DNA of 64,000 bases from the human T2T-CHM13v2.0 reference genome, Homo sapiens. This document shows, piece after piece, positions 10,781 through 23,153 of this stretch. The stretch lies in assembly GCA_009914755.4 (NCBI GenBank), contig CP086569.2:8704001-8768000 (forward strand). The letters are read 5' to 3'. Position 1 is the first letter of the stretch. Each line of letters begins with the position of its first letter. The notes under the pieces are model-generated. The model did not search any database, was not told the origin of the DNA, and saw nothing but the letters and a program-made list of their open reading frames with translations. Made by a program: the position numbers and the translations under genes.

Positions 10781-13084
10781 CTGAAAAACTGGGTACTGCC
10801 TCTGGAATCCTGGAAAAATTTTTATATGTACAGTTGTTACAGTTTCTTTTCTCACAGAGGGAGGCTGAGACCCATGAATTCTTAGCCTGGTTCATGTCAC
10901 CTGGGACCATCGGGCTGAAGGCCGTGTCCACTTCTGTACTTTACAGTCTTGCTTATAGCACACATGAGCTGTGCTTCTCCCTCCAGGCCAGTGTTTATTA
11001 TGGGCCACCAGAACCAGATTCCCAGGGAATGGGTGTCTCTCTTGTGTAGGAGCTGAGACCAGGTTGGCTCAAGTCAGTTTCCCAGTAAGGACAGAATTGT
11101 GGAAGACATAGGATTTGAGGGGGAGCAGTCCCTCAAATAGAAGAAGTAATGATTTTCTCCATGGGAGTATTCCATCCACCACAAGGCCACACCTTGATGA
11201 AGCTCATGAAAACATATTCTACTCTGACCCATACTGATCTCTCCCTGGCCACCCTTGGACCACAGATCTGCTTCTGTTACTAAACTTTAGCTGAATTTTA
11301 TAGAGTTTCAGGTAGATATGGTAAGTCTTTGGGTCTCCGTGTTTTGTTCTGATTTGGCTCCTTTTATTCAGCACTGCTGCTTTGAGAGTCACCCTGTGGT
11401 GAGTGCATAAGCAATCCATTCCTTTGCATGCTGAGCCACATTCCAGGGTGTGGATATGCTACAGCTTGTTCACCCTTCTCCTGTGGATGAGGGTTTGGGG
11501 CTCTCAGTTGGGACTAGTATACATGGGACTACCATGAACATTTTTTATGTATATAGCCTGTGAACTTGTCTTCATTTCTCATGGTTCATTTTATGAGTAC
11601 AGTGGCCACATCATGTCCTGGTAGGTATGAACTGACTTTAATAAGGAACCACTGATTCTTGTCCTAAGTGTTTGATCTATTCCCTGCTTTCTCTCCTGCT
11701 TCCCCTACTTTAGTCATAATCATCCCTTGTCTCCTTCACACTTCAGTGCAGTAACTTTTTAGCACACTGCCCTTTCTTTACATTTGAAGTCACCAGCTTT
11801 TTCTCCATGTGCTTGCTCTGATGCCCTCTCTAAACTTGCATTCTCTGACCTGTGTGTTACACAATCCCCTCCAAAAACCCTACATATGAAAGGATTTTGG
11901 GAAAAGATTCTGTTACCTAATGAGTATCAGATACCTACATTGGCTCTGGATGGGGGAAAGAAGACTGGGTGGGTCTTGACACCCATTGTCCCAGAAGATA
12001 GAGCTCATCATCGTTGATAAAAAGAAGTCTGGGTGTGTCCTGGATACATGTTCATGTGACTCACAAACTTTTTCTAAATGACACCTGGAGACCTGGCTGT
12101 GGGCTGGAAACTGAGTATGAGTCCACTTGGATGCTGTGTGATTACAGGTAAGTCACTCAGTCACCTGATCCTGGCTGTCCCTTTGCACATGGGATGACCC
12201 ATTTCTTGCAGAGTTGCTGTTAGTTCACCTGAGCAAGACAGCTGCCTGTGGTGGTGCTCAGAAAAAGCTAATTTAAATTTGTTGAAATGGGACAAACCAT
12301 GGATATTAAGTGTTGAGGTCTGGAGTACAGCAGAAAAAGATTCAGAAGACCTTGTAAACCCTGAGGAGGTATCACTGATCACTGGCTGTCTGTGAAGGCA
12401 GCAGAGGAAAAGTGACCTGGGGTTGGAAATGGCCAGTTAGTTGGTCTGTTACAGATAGTTACACAGAAATGAGTGGGGCAGGAGAGGTTTCTCCCCTCCC
12501 ACCCACCTACCAGGAATGTCAGGTCATTGGGTGATGGTTGGACAGTTTTCATATTGCCTCTCTAAAAATGATAATTTAGCAGCTGGAGCCAGAGAGGTAC
12601 AAGCTTCTACTGATCCACAGCTGTTAACATTAAAGTGTTAATTAAATGCAGGCACCAGGGAGAAGAAAAAAGGGCTTCCAATAAAATCTCAGTTATTGGG
12701 CAAGTGAGCTCAGGCATACACATTAAGAGACAAACCCTCAGCGTATGACTTTCAGAGATCACTTTTTAATAAACGTCCTCTCCTGCTGTGAAACTTCCCT
12801 TAGTATCTTTTGCTGCTTTATAGTCCTCAGTCAAAGTCTTTCTTCTGAGAAGGCAAGAATTGTGGTTACTGCAGACCTGGATGGATTCGCCACCAGTAAC
12901 TCAGATATCTTCCACTGTTAACAGGTCTAGGAGCTGGTGGACAGTGTGGCTGGAGTATGTGTCCAGAATGGGTTTGGCCAGGCTCCAGGCCATTCTGGAC
13001 TGTGGAGGGACTTGAACCCCAAGGTGATGGCACCCCATGGAGAGAGCTCACCCTGGTTGGAGAATGCTGGGAAAGGAATTTTGT

Positions 13085-14130
<1,046 letters not shown>

Positions 14131-15611
14131 CTATTTTTTCTTTTTCTTCTGTTCATAGAATCATTGACAAACCCAGAATCAATAAGCACATTAAAATATG
14201 CTCAACATCACTAGCCATAAGCTAAACGAATACCTCAATCACAATGAGATTACCACGTTTTACCCATTGGAACATCTATTTTTTTTTAAGGAAGAGTTGG
14301 AGAGTATGTGGAAAAAGTAGAACTCTTGTGCATTGCTGGTGAGAAAGTGAGATGGTGGTGATGGTTGCACAACTTGAGAATAGTTAATTTCACTGAAATA
14401 CTCACTTAAAATGTTTGAAATGGTAAATTTTGTTATGTATGTTTTATCTCATACAACAAATTTTTCTCAGAACTGTTCCTAAGATAGTTCTATGTGTGAA
14501 GAAAGAAGATGCTCCACTCCTAGGATGAGTAGGAGCCTTTTTATTTATGCTGGTACTACATACTCTTGGCTCTTCCATATGCCCAGCATGATCGCACCAG
14601 CCAGAGGAGTTGACTCCCACCTGGCCCATTTATGCCTCTTTCTATCAGCCTGTTCTCCTATTCAGCTCACTACCTGCCACCTACAAAGCACTGTAAATTA
14701 CAGGTCAGTTTACCATCTCTGTACACATTTCTTCTCTATAATGTCACGGAAATGGGATCATACAATATGTGGTCTCTTCAGACTGGGTTTTTCTGCTTTG
14801 CTTTTTATACATACGATGCATTCATGGCTTTGCATGACCTCATAAATCATCCTATTGTCTTGATGAATAGTATTCTATTTCATGGATTTACCTGGCTTGG
14901 TTATTATTTAAGGGTATCCTGATTCCTTAAAGTATTTGGCCATTATCAAGAGAGCAGGTATACAAAATTGCATGTGGTTTTTGGTTAAATGTGAGTTTCC
15001 AAAGTTGTTGTCTAAATACTTAAGTCTGCAAATGTTAGCCTATATGGTGAGGCTATGTTTAGCTTTGGAAAAAAAAAACTGCCAAAATTGTGGCAGAAGA
15101 AATAATATCTTTTAACTTTGCTGTACAATTATGCATTCCACCAGCAAAGAACAAGCATTCCTTTCACCGTTTTCATTGCATTTAAAAAAATTTTAGACAT
15201 ATTATAATATTATAGATGTTCAGTGCTCTCATTGTTAATTTGCTTTCCCCTGACAGCAAGTGATTTTTGGCATTATTTCATTGTTATTGTTTGTTCATTA
15301 TTCTATGACTGCTGCCAAAAAGCATGCATGTGCTGTGCCAAAGAGAAAGAATTTTAAAAATATGCACTCTAAGCTCTACCTAGTAAAAACTTAAAAAAAA
15401 AATGCTAGTACACATAATCATTTATCCTGTTATTTGTTCTAATTTTATGGTTACTAGAAGGAGATAGTAAACTCTAGCTAATGAGACAATGTGGTGAATT
15501 AATCTGATGCGTCATAATATAGAGAACACTTTCAGTCAAGTGATTATTTTACTGGTGTTAAGGGAGCAACAGGAATTCTTTAGCACAAGTTGTTTGTGTG
15601 GGATATTTTTC

Positions 15612-15880
15612 CCTCTCACCCAGGCTGGAATACAACGGTGCAATCTTGGCTCACTGCAACCTCTGCCTCCTGGGTTCATGCAATTCTCCTATCTCAGCCT
15701 CCTGAGTAGTTACAATTACAGGAGACTACCACCACACTCATCTATTTTTTTAATTTTATTTTTAGTAGAGACACTGTTTCCCCATATTGGCCAGTGTTGT
15801 CTCAGACAATTGACAGGTGATCCACCCTCCTCAGCATTTCAAAGTGCTGGGATTACAGGCATGAGCCACTGTGCCCAGCT
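15612..15880 (-). mobile_element. Alu
   Basis: cacccaggctggaatacaacggtgcaatcttggctcactgcaacctctgcctcctgggttca...caaagtgctgggattacaggcatgagccactgtgcccagc. Confidence 0.9.
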
Positions 15881-16403
15881 GAGTCAGTTATTTTATCCCT
15901 TTATGGAGGAAAGTTTGGGTTGAAAACCAACCTTCTAATACTTATAAGTGCCTCAAGGCTGTTAGGATAAAAATAAATCTTCCAACCTAAGGATACTTGG
16001 CAGCCTCTAGAACTTTAAGAAAAGCTGAGAAATGAAACATCCAGCTTCCATCTCATTTCAGGAGAGCATCACCAGTGCCTGGGGGACTCTTGGGCCCTGG
16101 AGAAAGGGCAGAGCTGGGGTATGTGGGGATAGCCTTTGGAGCCACTGCTGCTCTGGCAGACACTGCTGCTCTTTAGGGGCATGGAACCTCAGCCTTCAGC
16201 AGAAGCAGCAGGAGATCAGTGAGCAATGTTTTGTGTGCCTGTTTTCCACCTCCATTATCTTCCTTAAGTGAGGTATCTATTCAGGTATTTTCCTTTTAAT
16301 TGTGTTATATTCTTCAGTTTTAGAGTTTCTTTGTATATTTTGCATTCAAGTCATTTTTCAGCCTGTGGCTTTTTGGTTCTCTTTGGATCCTATTTCTTTT
16401 CCT

Positions 16404-16696
16404 TTTTTTTTTTTTAGACAGAGTCCTGCCCTGTCACCTTGGCTGGAGTGCAATGGTGTGATCTCAGCCCAGTGCAACCTCTGGCTCTCAGGTTCAAAGG
16501 ATTCTCCTGCTTCGACCTCAAGAGTACCTGGAATGTCATGTGACTGCCACCACGCCCAGCTAATTTTGTCGTATTTTAGCAGAGAACATCTTTCACCATG
16601 TTAGCCATGCTGATGTGGAACTCCTGACCTAAGGTGATCTGCCCACCTCAGCCTCCCAAAGTGCTAGGATTTCAAATGTGAGCCACCATGCCTGAC
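16404..16696 (-). mobile_element. Alu
   Basis: poly-T then agacagagtcctgccctgtcaccttggctggagtgcaatgg...cctcccaaagtgctaggatttcaaatgtgagccaccatgcctg. Confidence 0.9.
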
Positions 16697-17274
16697 TTTA
16701 AAAACGTGTTTTACGGAGTAGATATTTCAAATTTTAATAAAGGCTACATTATCAATTTTTATTTCTTTCATAGACTGGACAATAACTCAATACCAAATCC
16801 AAGGATATGCAGATTTTCTTCTCTTACAAATTTACCTTAGAAAATTTCAATGTATGAATACTTTTGAGTAATTTTTTTCAGGAAAACTATGAAGTTTGTG
16901 TCTATGTTTATTTTTTTCATATAGTTTCCAATTGTTCTGTTGCCACTTGTGGAACAGATTTATCTTTTCCATTGAAAACTCTTTGTGCCATTGACAAAAT
17001 CTGTTGAGTTGGGTCTGTTTGGGGGTTGCCAATTCAGTTCCACTTATCTACTTGTCTATTAAATCATCAATGCCACACTCTATTGCTCTAGCTTAGTGTA
17101 AGTATTCTGACCCAGATGTGTAAGTTTTTTAACTTTGTCCTTCCTCAGCCTTATTTCATTCATTGTAATTTTAGGAAAAGTTTGTCAATGTCTTTGCCTG
17201 GATTTTGATTGGGATTTGGCAGAAAAAATAATTAGCGTACTGCTCCTAAACAAAAAACTTCTTCCCTATATTTA

Positions 17275-17445
17275 TTGAGACAAAGTCTCACTTTGTCACC
17301 CAAGTTAGAATGCAGTGGCAAGATCTTAGGTCACTGAGATTATCTGACCTAAGCACCCCAAGTAGCTTGGACCACAGGTGTGCAACACCACGTTTGGCTT
17401 ATTTTTTTGTATTTTTGGTAGAGATGAGATTTTACTGTGGAATGA
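17275..17445 (-). mobile_element. Alu fragment, right monomer
   Basis: gagacaaagtctcactttgtcacccaagttagaatgcagtggcaagatcttaggtcactg...tttttggtagagatgag. Confidence 0.7.
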
Positions 17446-18119
17446 GGAGGCCCAGAGAGGTCTTGGGGTAGAGGAGGATTTTTACTGAGTGCACTCACAC
17501 TCAGTGGACTCAACATCCAAAAAGCTGGGCCCAGAATAAAGACAACAGTTGACTTACACACACTTCAAAAACGGGGTAGGCTAGCTTGAAGCAGGCTTAC
17601 AGCTACAGTGGCACAAAAGCAAGTTTACAGAGGCAGAACAATTTATCAAATTGAGACAGGTTCATAACTCAGAATTACACATGACCATTGCCAAGCAATC
17701 CAGATATCTATTATCTAGGTTTTGCTCTAAAGAGCCTTGCATTGGTTTATCTTATAACTTTCTCTATGATGCCCAGACAGCTGTGGTTCAGGTCTGCTCA
17801 GGCTTCTTGTGACCTTCACTGTACTTCTTTGATAAAACAGAATACTTGAAGTTACTAGCTACAGAGAACAAGAATCTACAAACTCATACACCAAAACAAA
17901 GCAAAATTTGTTTTTCTACTCCCTGTGTTGGCGGAGTGCTGGGAGAGTCTCCAGAGCACATTGCTTTGTGTATGAGCATCTCAGATAGTGTTTACCAAGA
18001 CTTTTCCTGAGTCTGATATGTGACTGTTGCTGCCTGCGGGACAGATCAGCCTAATACAGGAATGCTTACTTCTTTTTCTTTTTAATTTTAATTTTCTTTA
18101 TATCTCCAATTTCCCACCT

Positions 18120-18232
18120 CAGTTTCATCATGTAGCCCAGTCAGGTCTCTAACTCATGGATTCAAGTGATCTGCCTGCATCAGCCTCTGGAAGTGTTGTA
18201 ATTACAGTTGTGTGCCACCATGCCTGGCCTGT
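18120..18232 (-). mobile_element. Free Alu monomer (FLAM-like) fragment
   Basis: gattcaagtgatctgcctgcatcagcctctggaagtgttgtaattacagttgtgtgccaccatgcctggcc. Confidence 0.65.
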
Positions 18233-18308
18233 CTGCATTTATTTATATTTCTTTTGATTTATCTCAATGGTGACTCATGGCTTTCCAAATGAATTTTGCA
18301 TATTTTGT

Positions 18309-21300
18309 TACATTTATACTTAATGGACGTGGTAGCACTCCTTACCAGGTGCTGGGGTCTGACTTGCAGACCCTGACCCAGCAATGGATGAGTTAAGTAC
18401 TGTGACACAAAACTATTCTGTTTTGCCAGTCCAGCTGAGTGCATGTGGCACTTACAGATTCCCTGGAGAGTACTGTAAACACTTGTGACTTCAGCCTCCA
18501 TCAGTCAGTGAGATTTGCATTTATTTGGTAAAGATTAATTGACAAAGGTAGGGAGTAAACACCACTAGAAGATAGCTGACACTGTGGATTTCCTGAGTAG
18601 AAAGCAAGTAAGCACCCATGGTACATCAAAGGTTTGTTTTATCTGGGTACACAAGCTAGCCATGTAAACTACTCTGCCTTTCTTTGTACCCACTTTAAGC
18701 TGTTTACTCAAGGTAAGGATTAGATTGCCTTCAGCTGTAACCTTATCCTGAGACTTTTGTAAAAACTTCCAGGCCTTCCAAGAAGGTTTGTGTTTATTTA
18801 TATAACTATGTCTAAAATATTTCCCACCAGACTGATTAAATTCCTACATCTCCCTCTTTTCATTTTTGAATCATGTCCTTTTGATTGGAAACTGTAGATG
18901 TGTGCAGGAACAGTTTTTTTCAGGTGAGGCAGTCATTGCTCTTATTCTGGCTTTGCATCCTAGAATTGGAAAATAACAGAAAACAATCATAAGTACAATT
19001 AGCAACATTCTTTTCCAATCAAAGTGTGACCTGGTACTTCAGTTTGATAAGTGCTGTTACTAAGGAACCCCACTGGGGGTTTGTTAACTCCTTCCAGGCA
19101 AGCAGTTATGTTATTAGAAGCTGGAAAGGGAGTGTATCCCCAGATGACAGGGCTGAAAAATGTCAGATTTAGAAGATGGGCTTATTAGAGTGTAGCAGGT
19201 ACAGGTAGTAGGCACAGTGAGAGACTAAAAAGAAATAAATTAGCTGAAGTGAAAGGTGTCTGTGTCCAGAGCAGGATTTGTTTAGTCTTCTGTTTCTTCA
19301 GCATAATGCCTGGGACCTGTGTCCTCTGTGGAAGCCACATCATTTGGGGCTGTGGGTCTTGCACGGCTAATGCCTTCATTTCTGGTAGCAGATTGAGTCC
19401 TGGCCTTGCCATGGAATGGTTTGATGCTTTGTATTGGAATCCAAAGAGGACCTGAGGGGGTGTGGACAAAAGCATACCTTCTTCTCCATGTTAATAATTC
19501 ACTAGGTCCACACAATTCATTACCGTTTACATCCTTCTATAAAACTGAAGGTTTTATGCCTTGAGAGGTTTTAGCAAATTGCTTTTCTACAGCTGATGGA
19601 TAAATAAGGCTTTGCCAATAATGTTACAGCGTCTTTACCACTTCTGCCTTTTTTTTTTGTTTTTTGAGCACATTTTTAAAGGTGAAGTTGGCATGTTCTA
19701 CTATTGCTTGTCCTTGGGGGTTATAGGGGATACCTGTGGAATGTTGCATATCCCAAGTGTGACAAAATTGTTGAAATTGTGAGCTGGCATAAGCTGTACC
19801 ATTATCAGTCTTAATTTTTGTGGGTCATTCCATAAATGCAAAAGTTAAAATAAGATGTTTAATGACATATAGAGTTGACTCTCCAGGCAGAGTATGTGGA
19901 CTAATTAAATGAGTGTTGGAGTCAACTGATACATGTACATATCTTATTTTTCCTAATTCAAGGATGTGTGTACATCTGTTTGCCATAACTTATTAGGTTC
20001 TAGTCCTCTAGGGTTAACACCTGTTGAAGGAGGGAATGTGTCTGTAAGCTAGCAATCTGGGCATTGTAGGATAATGTGTTTAGCCAGTCTCTGGGTAAGT
20101 TTAAATTGTTTAGATAAGTTTCTCCAATTTTGGTGGAAAAATTGATGCGATTGGGTGACTTGGTCAAGCAGTGATGTCATAACTTGAAGGTCTGCTTGAT
20201 TATTGCCATAAGACAATGGGTCAGGCAGAGAGCTGTATACTTAAATATGTGCAATAAAATAGGATGTGTACTTTGGTCTCACCATTGCTGAAGACAGAAA
20301 AAATGAACACATATGGTAGAGTGTAGAGTGGACTTACTAAGGGCTGTAAAAGCTTTTTAGAGTCAATATAAAGGTTTTAACTTTAGCTTTCTGATTGCTA
20401 GTAAACTCAGACTGAGTTAGTGAATTATGTGGTGTCTACTAGACTTCTGCCTTTCCATGTTGATCAGAACCAAGTGTAAACAGTGTTAAAGCATTAGGTA
20501 TGAGGGAGTGAACTATTTTGTCAGTAAAGCATTTACTAGACTTTTGGGAATCACAAATTGGCTGAATATCAAGGGCTGTTAGTAGAATATCACCTATAAG
20601 ATGAATGACTTTGCAATCAGGAAACTCTATTCTAGTGGGGAGGAAAGTTCACTTGTAATTATTCCTTAGCTAACCCATGGTCCTATTGTAATGTCTCTCC
20701 CTTTAGAGGTTATTTTTTTATTTCAATTGGATTTGGAGAGAATCATGTTAGGTGTAAGGAGAGGTAATGGTGGCCACAATTAGAAAGAGGGTTTTCAAAT
20801 TCTTACATTTTACTTAAATCTTAGTAGAGCATCATAATCTGGGATGTCACCTGTAAACAAGAAACAAGGTATTTTGCTGTGGGTGTGTCTCCTGTACAGC
20901 TAGAGAGCTGACCAGGAGGGTCCCTGAGTGGTGGCTGCTTTGCACTTGTAAAGGTGCTGCTTTTCTTCCTTTGCTGGCTTTTTGCTTGTGCCACTTCGTT
21001 CACTGCTGGACAGCTTTTGCCCGCCACTGAGGGAAGAGGAAGTGATAAGGCAGGTGACATTCTCTCCTGCTTCCCCTTTTTAGACTCTTCTGTGTATAAC
21101 AGAAACAAGGCTGCTCTAATTAAAGCCCATAATATTAAAGCTGTTACTTGGAACTGTTGCCTTTGCTTCTGATGTTGTTTAAGATTTTTCCCCACTTTTC
21201 CCAGAGTTCTATGTCTAGCATTCCTTCTTCTAGGAATCATGGGCTTTGCATTAAACAGTTTGCATTAGTTGGTCCCTTAATTGAGCCTGCAAAAGTGATG

Positions 21301-22058
21301 CTCTGTTAGCCTTAAGCATTGTTTCAACACTTTTATTTACTGTTTCTCTTCAGTTGATAACTGCTGTATCACGATGAGACCTCAGCTTGACCAATCCTCT
21401 CTGAACTTGGAAAGCCCAAGTGGGCACCAATGACTTACTGATTACTCAGTGACTTGACTGTGCAGTCCCTCTTCACCTTCATGTTTGGGGGATCCATCAC
21501 ATTCCCTTCACAGTGTTCCTCAGACAAGGGCACCAACTGTGGTAGCACTCCTCATGCAGGGGTCTGACCTACAGACCCTGACCTAGCAATGAATGAATGA
21601 AGTACATTGACAAACAAATATTCTGGTATGCCAGTCCAGCTGAGTGTCTGAACTGCTTACACACTCCCGGGAGAGTACTGTAAACACTTGTGACTTTGAC
21701 TTTGATCAGTCAGTGAAACTCGCATTTATTATGTAAAGATTAATTGACAAAGATCCTTAGTAAACACTACTAGAGGGTAATTGATACTGGGGATGTCCTG
21801 AGTAGAAAGCAATTAAGGACCCATGGTACATCAAACGTTAGTTTTAAGACCACATGAGTAAACAAGCTAGCTAGATAACCTACTCTACCTTTCTTTGTAC
21901 TCACTTTAAGCCATTTACTCAATGAAAGGATTAGATTGCCTTCATCCATAACCTTATCCTGAGACTTTGGTAATAACCTTCAGGCCTTCCAAGAAGTTTT
22001 GTGTACGCATCTATAACCATCCTTAAAATTTTTCCACCAGCCTGATTGAATCCCTACA
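18309..22058 (-). mobile_element. Class II (betaretrovirus/HERV-K-superfamily-like) ERV. LTRs at 18309-18848 and 21538-22058; internal region deleted down to about 2.7 kb but retaining RNase H/integrase
   Basis: About 530 bp direct repeats of roughly 80% identity, each starting tgtggtagcactcct... and ending ...tccctaca. The reverse complement just inside the left LTR is the polypurine tract aaaaatgaaaagagggaga. Minus-strand translation at about 19690-19870 gives [39 protein letters not shown], the betaretroviral integrase core. Confidence 0.8.
19690..19870 (-). pseudogene. Integrase catalytic core remnant of the 18309-22058 ERV
   Basis: TDNG...[14 protein letters not shown] motif on the minus strand, compared from memory with MMTV/HERV-K integrase ([15 protein letters not shown]). 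Confidence 0.75.
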
Positions 22059-22857
22059 AATTGATTCAGTTTGGGGGTACTATTGTAAATTGTGTGTTAA
22101 TGTTTCAAATTCAATTATTCCTATCCATTATTGCTGATATAGAGAAAAATCAATGGAGTTTGGTCTATTGGCCATCTTCTTTGCTTCTTCTTGTCTTCAT
22201 TCCTATCAAGGCACAGGAAGGTAGGCTCTATTTCACTTCCACTTCCTGAGATTACTGGCTGGATTCATCCTCCCCATATTTCAGAGATTCTTTATGGCTG
22301 CCACTAGGGGATCATGGAGAAGATGCAAGGAGCCCATGCAACACACTGCAGGGCAGCATCCTGGGGGCATCAAACAGGCCTTCCTTCTCCTCAGATGCCA
22401 CCCAGGACATGACTTCAGTGCACTTGGGATACCTGGATCTGCATCCACAGTAAGGATGACATCTCGTCTCCCCTGGAAAGGCCACAACATTGGGAAGTCT
22501 GCTTGCCAGGTGAGGAAAGCTGAGGAAAAAGTGTTCTGTCTGTGGCCCCCAGTACTGAGGAGGGATCACTGCCCTGGGCCTTACTTCCACACCCCTGGCC
22601 TCCAACTCTGACTTTACAAAATTGTTTCTTGAGTGAGGCTGTGATCTTGCATTGTCACAGCCACCAACATGTGCTTCACAGATGATCTGGGCTTGTTTCT
22701 GGGGAGAAATCCTGGTACAGAGAAAGGAGGGGTACTAAGCAGCACCACTGTGACGGGTCAAGGTCAGGGACACATCACACCCTCCATCATCACTTTTACT
22801 CAGGCTTTCATGGTTCATTTTCTTACAGTGCTAAAATAGTTGAAACAATACACATTT

Positions 22858-23153
22858 TTTTTTTTGAGACAGAGTCTCATTCTGTCCCCCAGGTTGGCAA
22901 GCAGTGGCATGATTTCCACCTACTGCAAGCTCCACCTCCCGGGTTCATGCCATTCTCCTGCCTCAGCCTCCTGAGTAGCTGGGACTACAGGCACCCACCA
23001 CCATGCCAGCTAATTTTTTTTTTTTTTTTTTTTTTAGTAGAGATGTGGTTTCACCGAGTTAGCCAGGATGGTCTGGATCTCCTGACCTCATGATCCACTC
23101 GCCTTGGTCTCCAAAAGTGCTGGGATTACAGGCATGAGCCATGGTGCCCAGCC
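22858..23153 (-). mobile_element. Alu (AluS/Y-like) with a long T-run in the linker
   Basis: tttttgagacagagtctcattctgtcccccaggttgg...ccaaaagtgctgggattacaggcatgagccatggtgcccagcc. Confidence 0.9.

Noticed and set aside
10800-13080. Possible old LTR element between the telomere-like array and the L1 fragment (..tggttactgcagacctggatgg.., ..tgtccagaatgggtttggccagg..)
   Set aside because: The motifs are suggestive of a MaLR/ERV LTR. I found no direct repeats or coding remnants to support a call, so it needs RepeatMasker.
22281-22611. Overlapping 97-105 aa ORFs on both strands in a GC-richer patch, with an AG|GTGAGG donor-like site at about 22508
   Set aside because: Only about one CpG is present, there is no recognisable domain, and both strands are open. 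This is consistent with a chance stop-codon-poor GC-rich segment. A lncRNA exon cannot be excluded, but I see no positive evidence.
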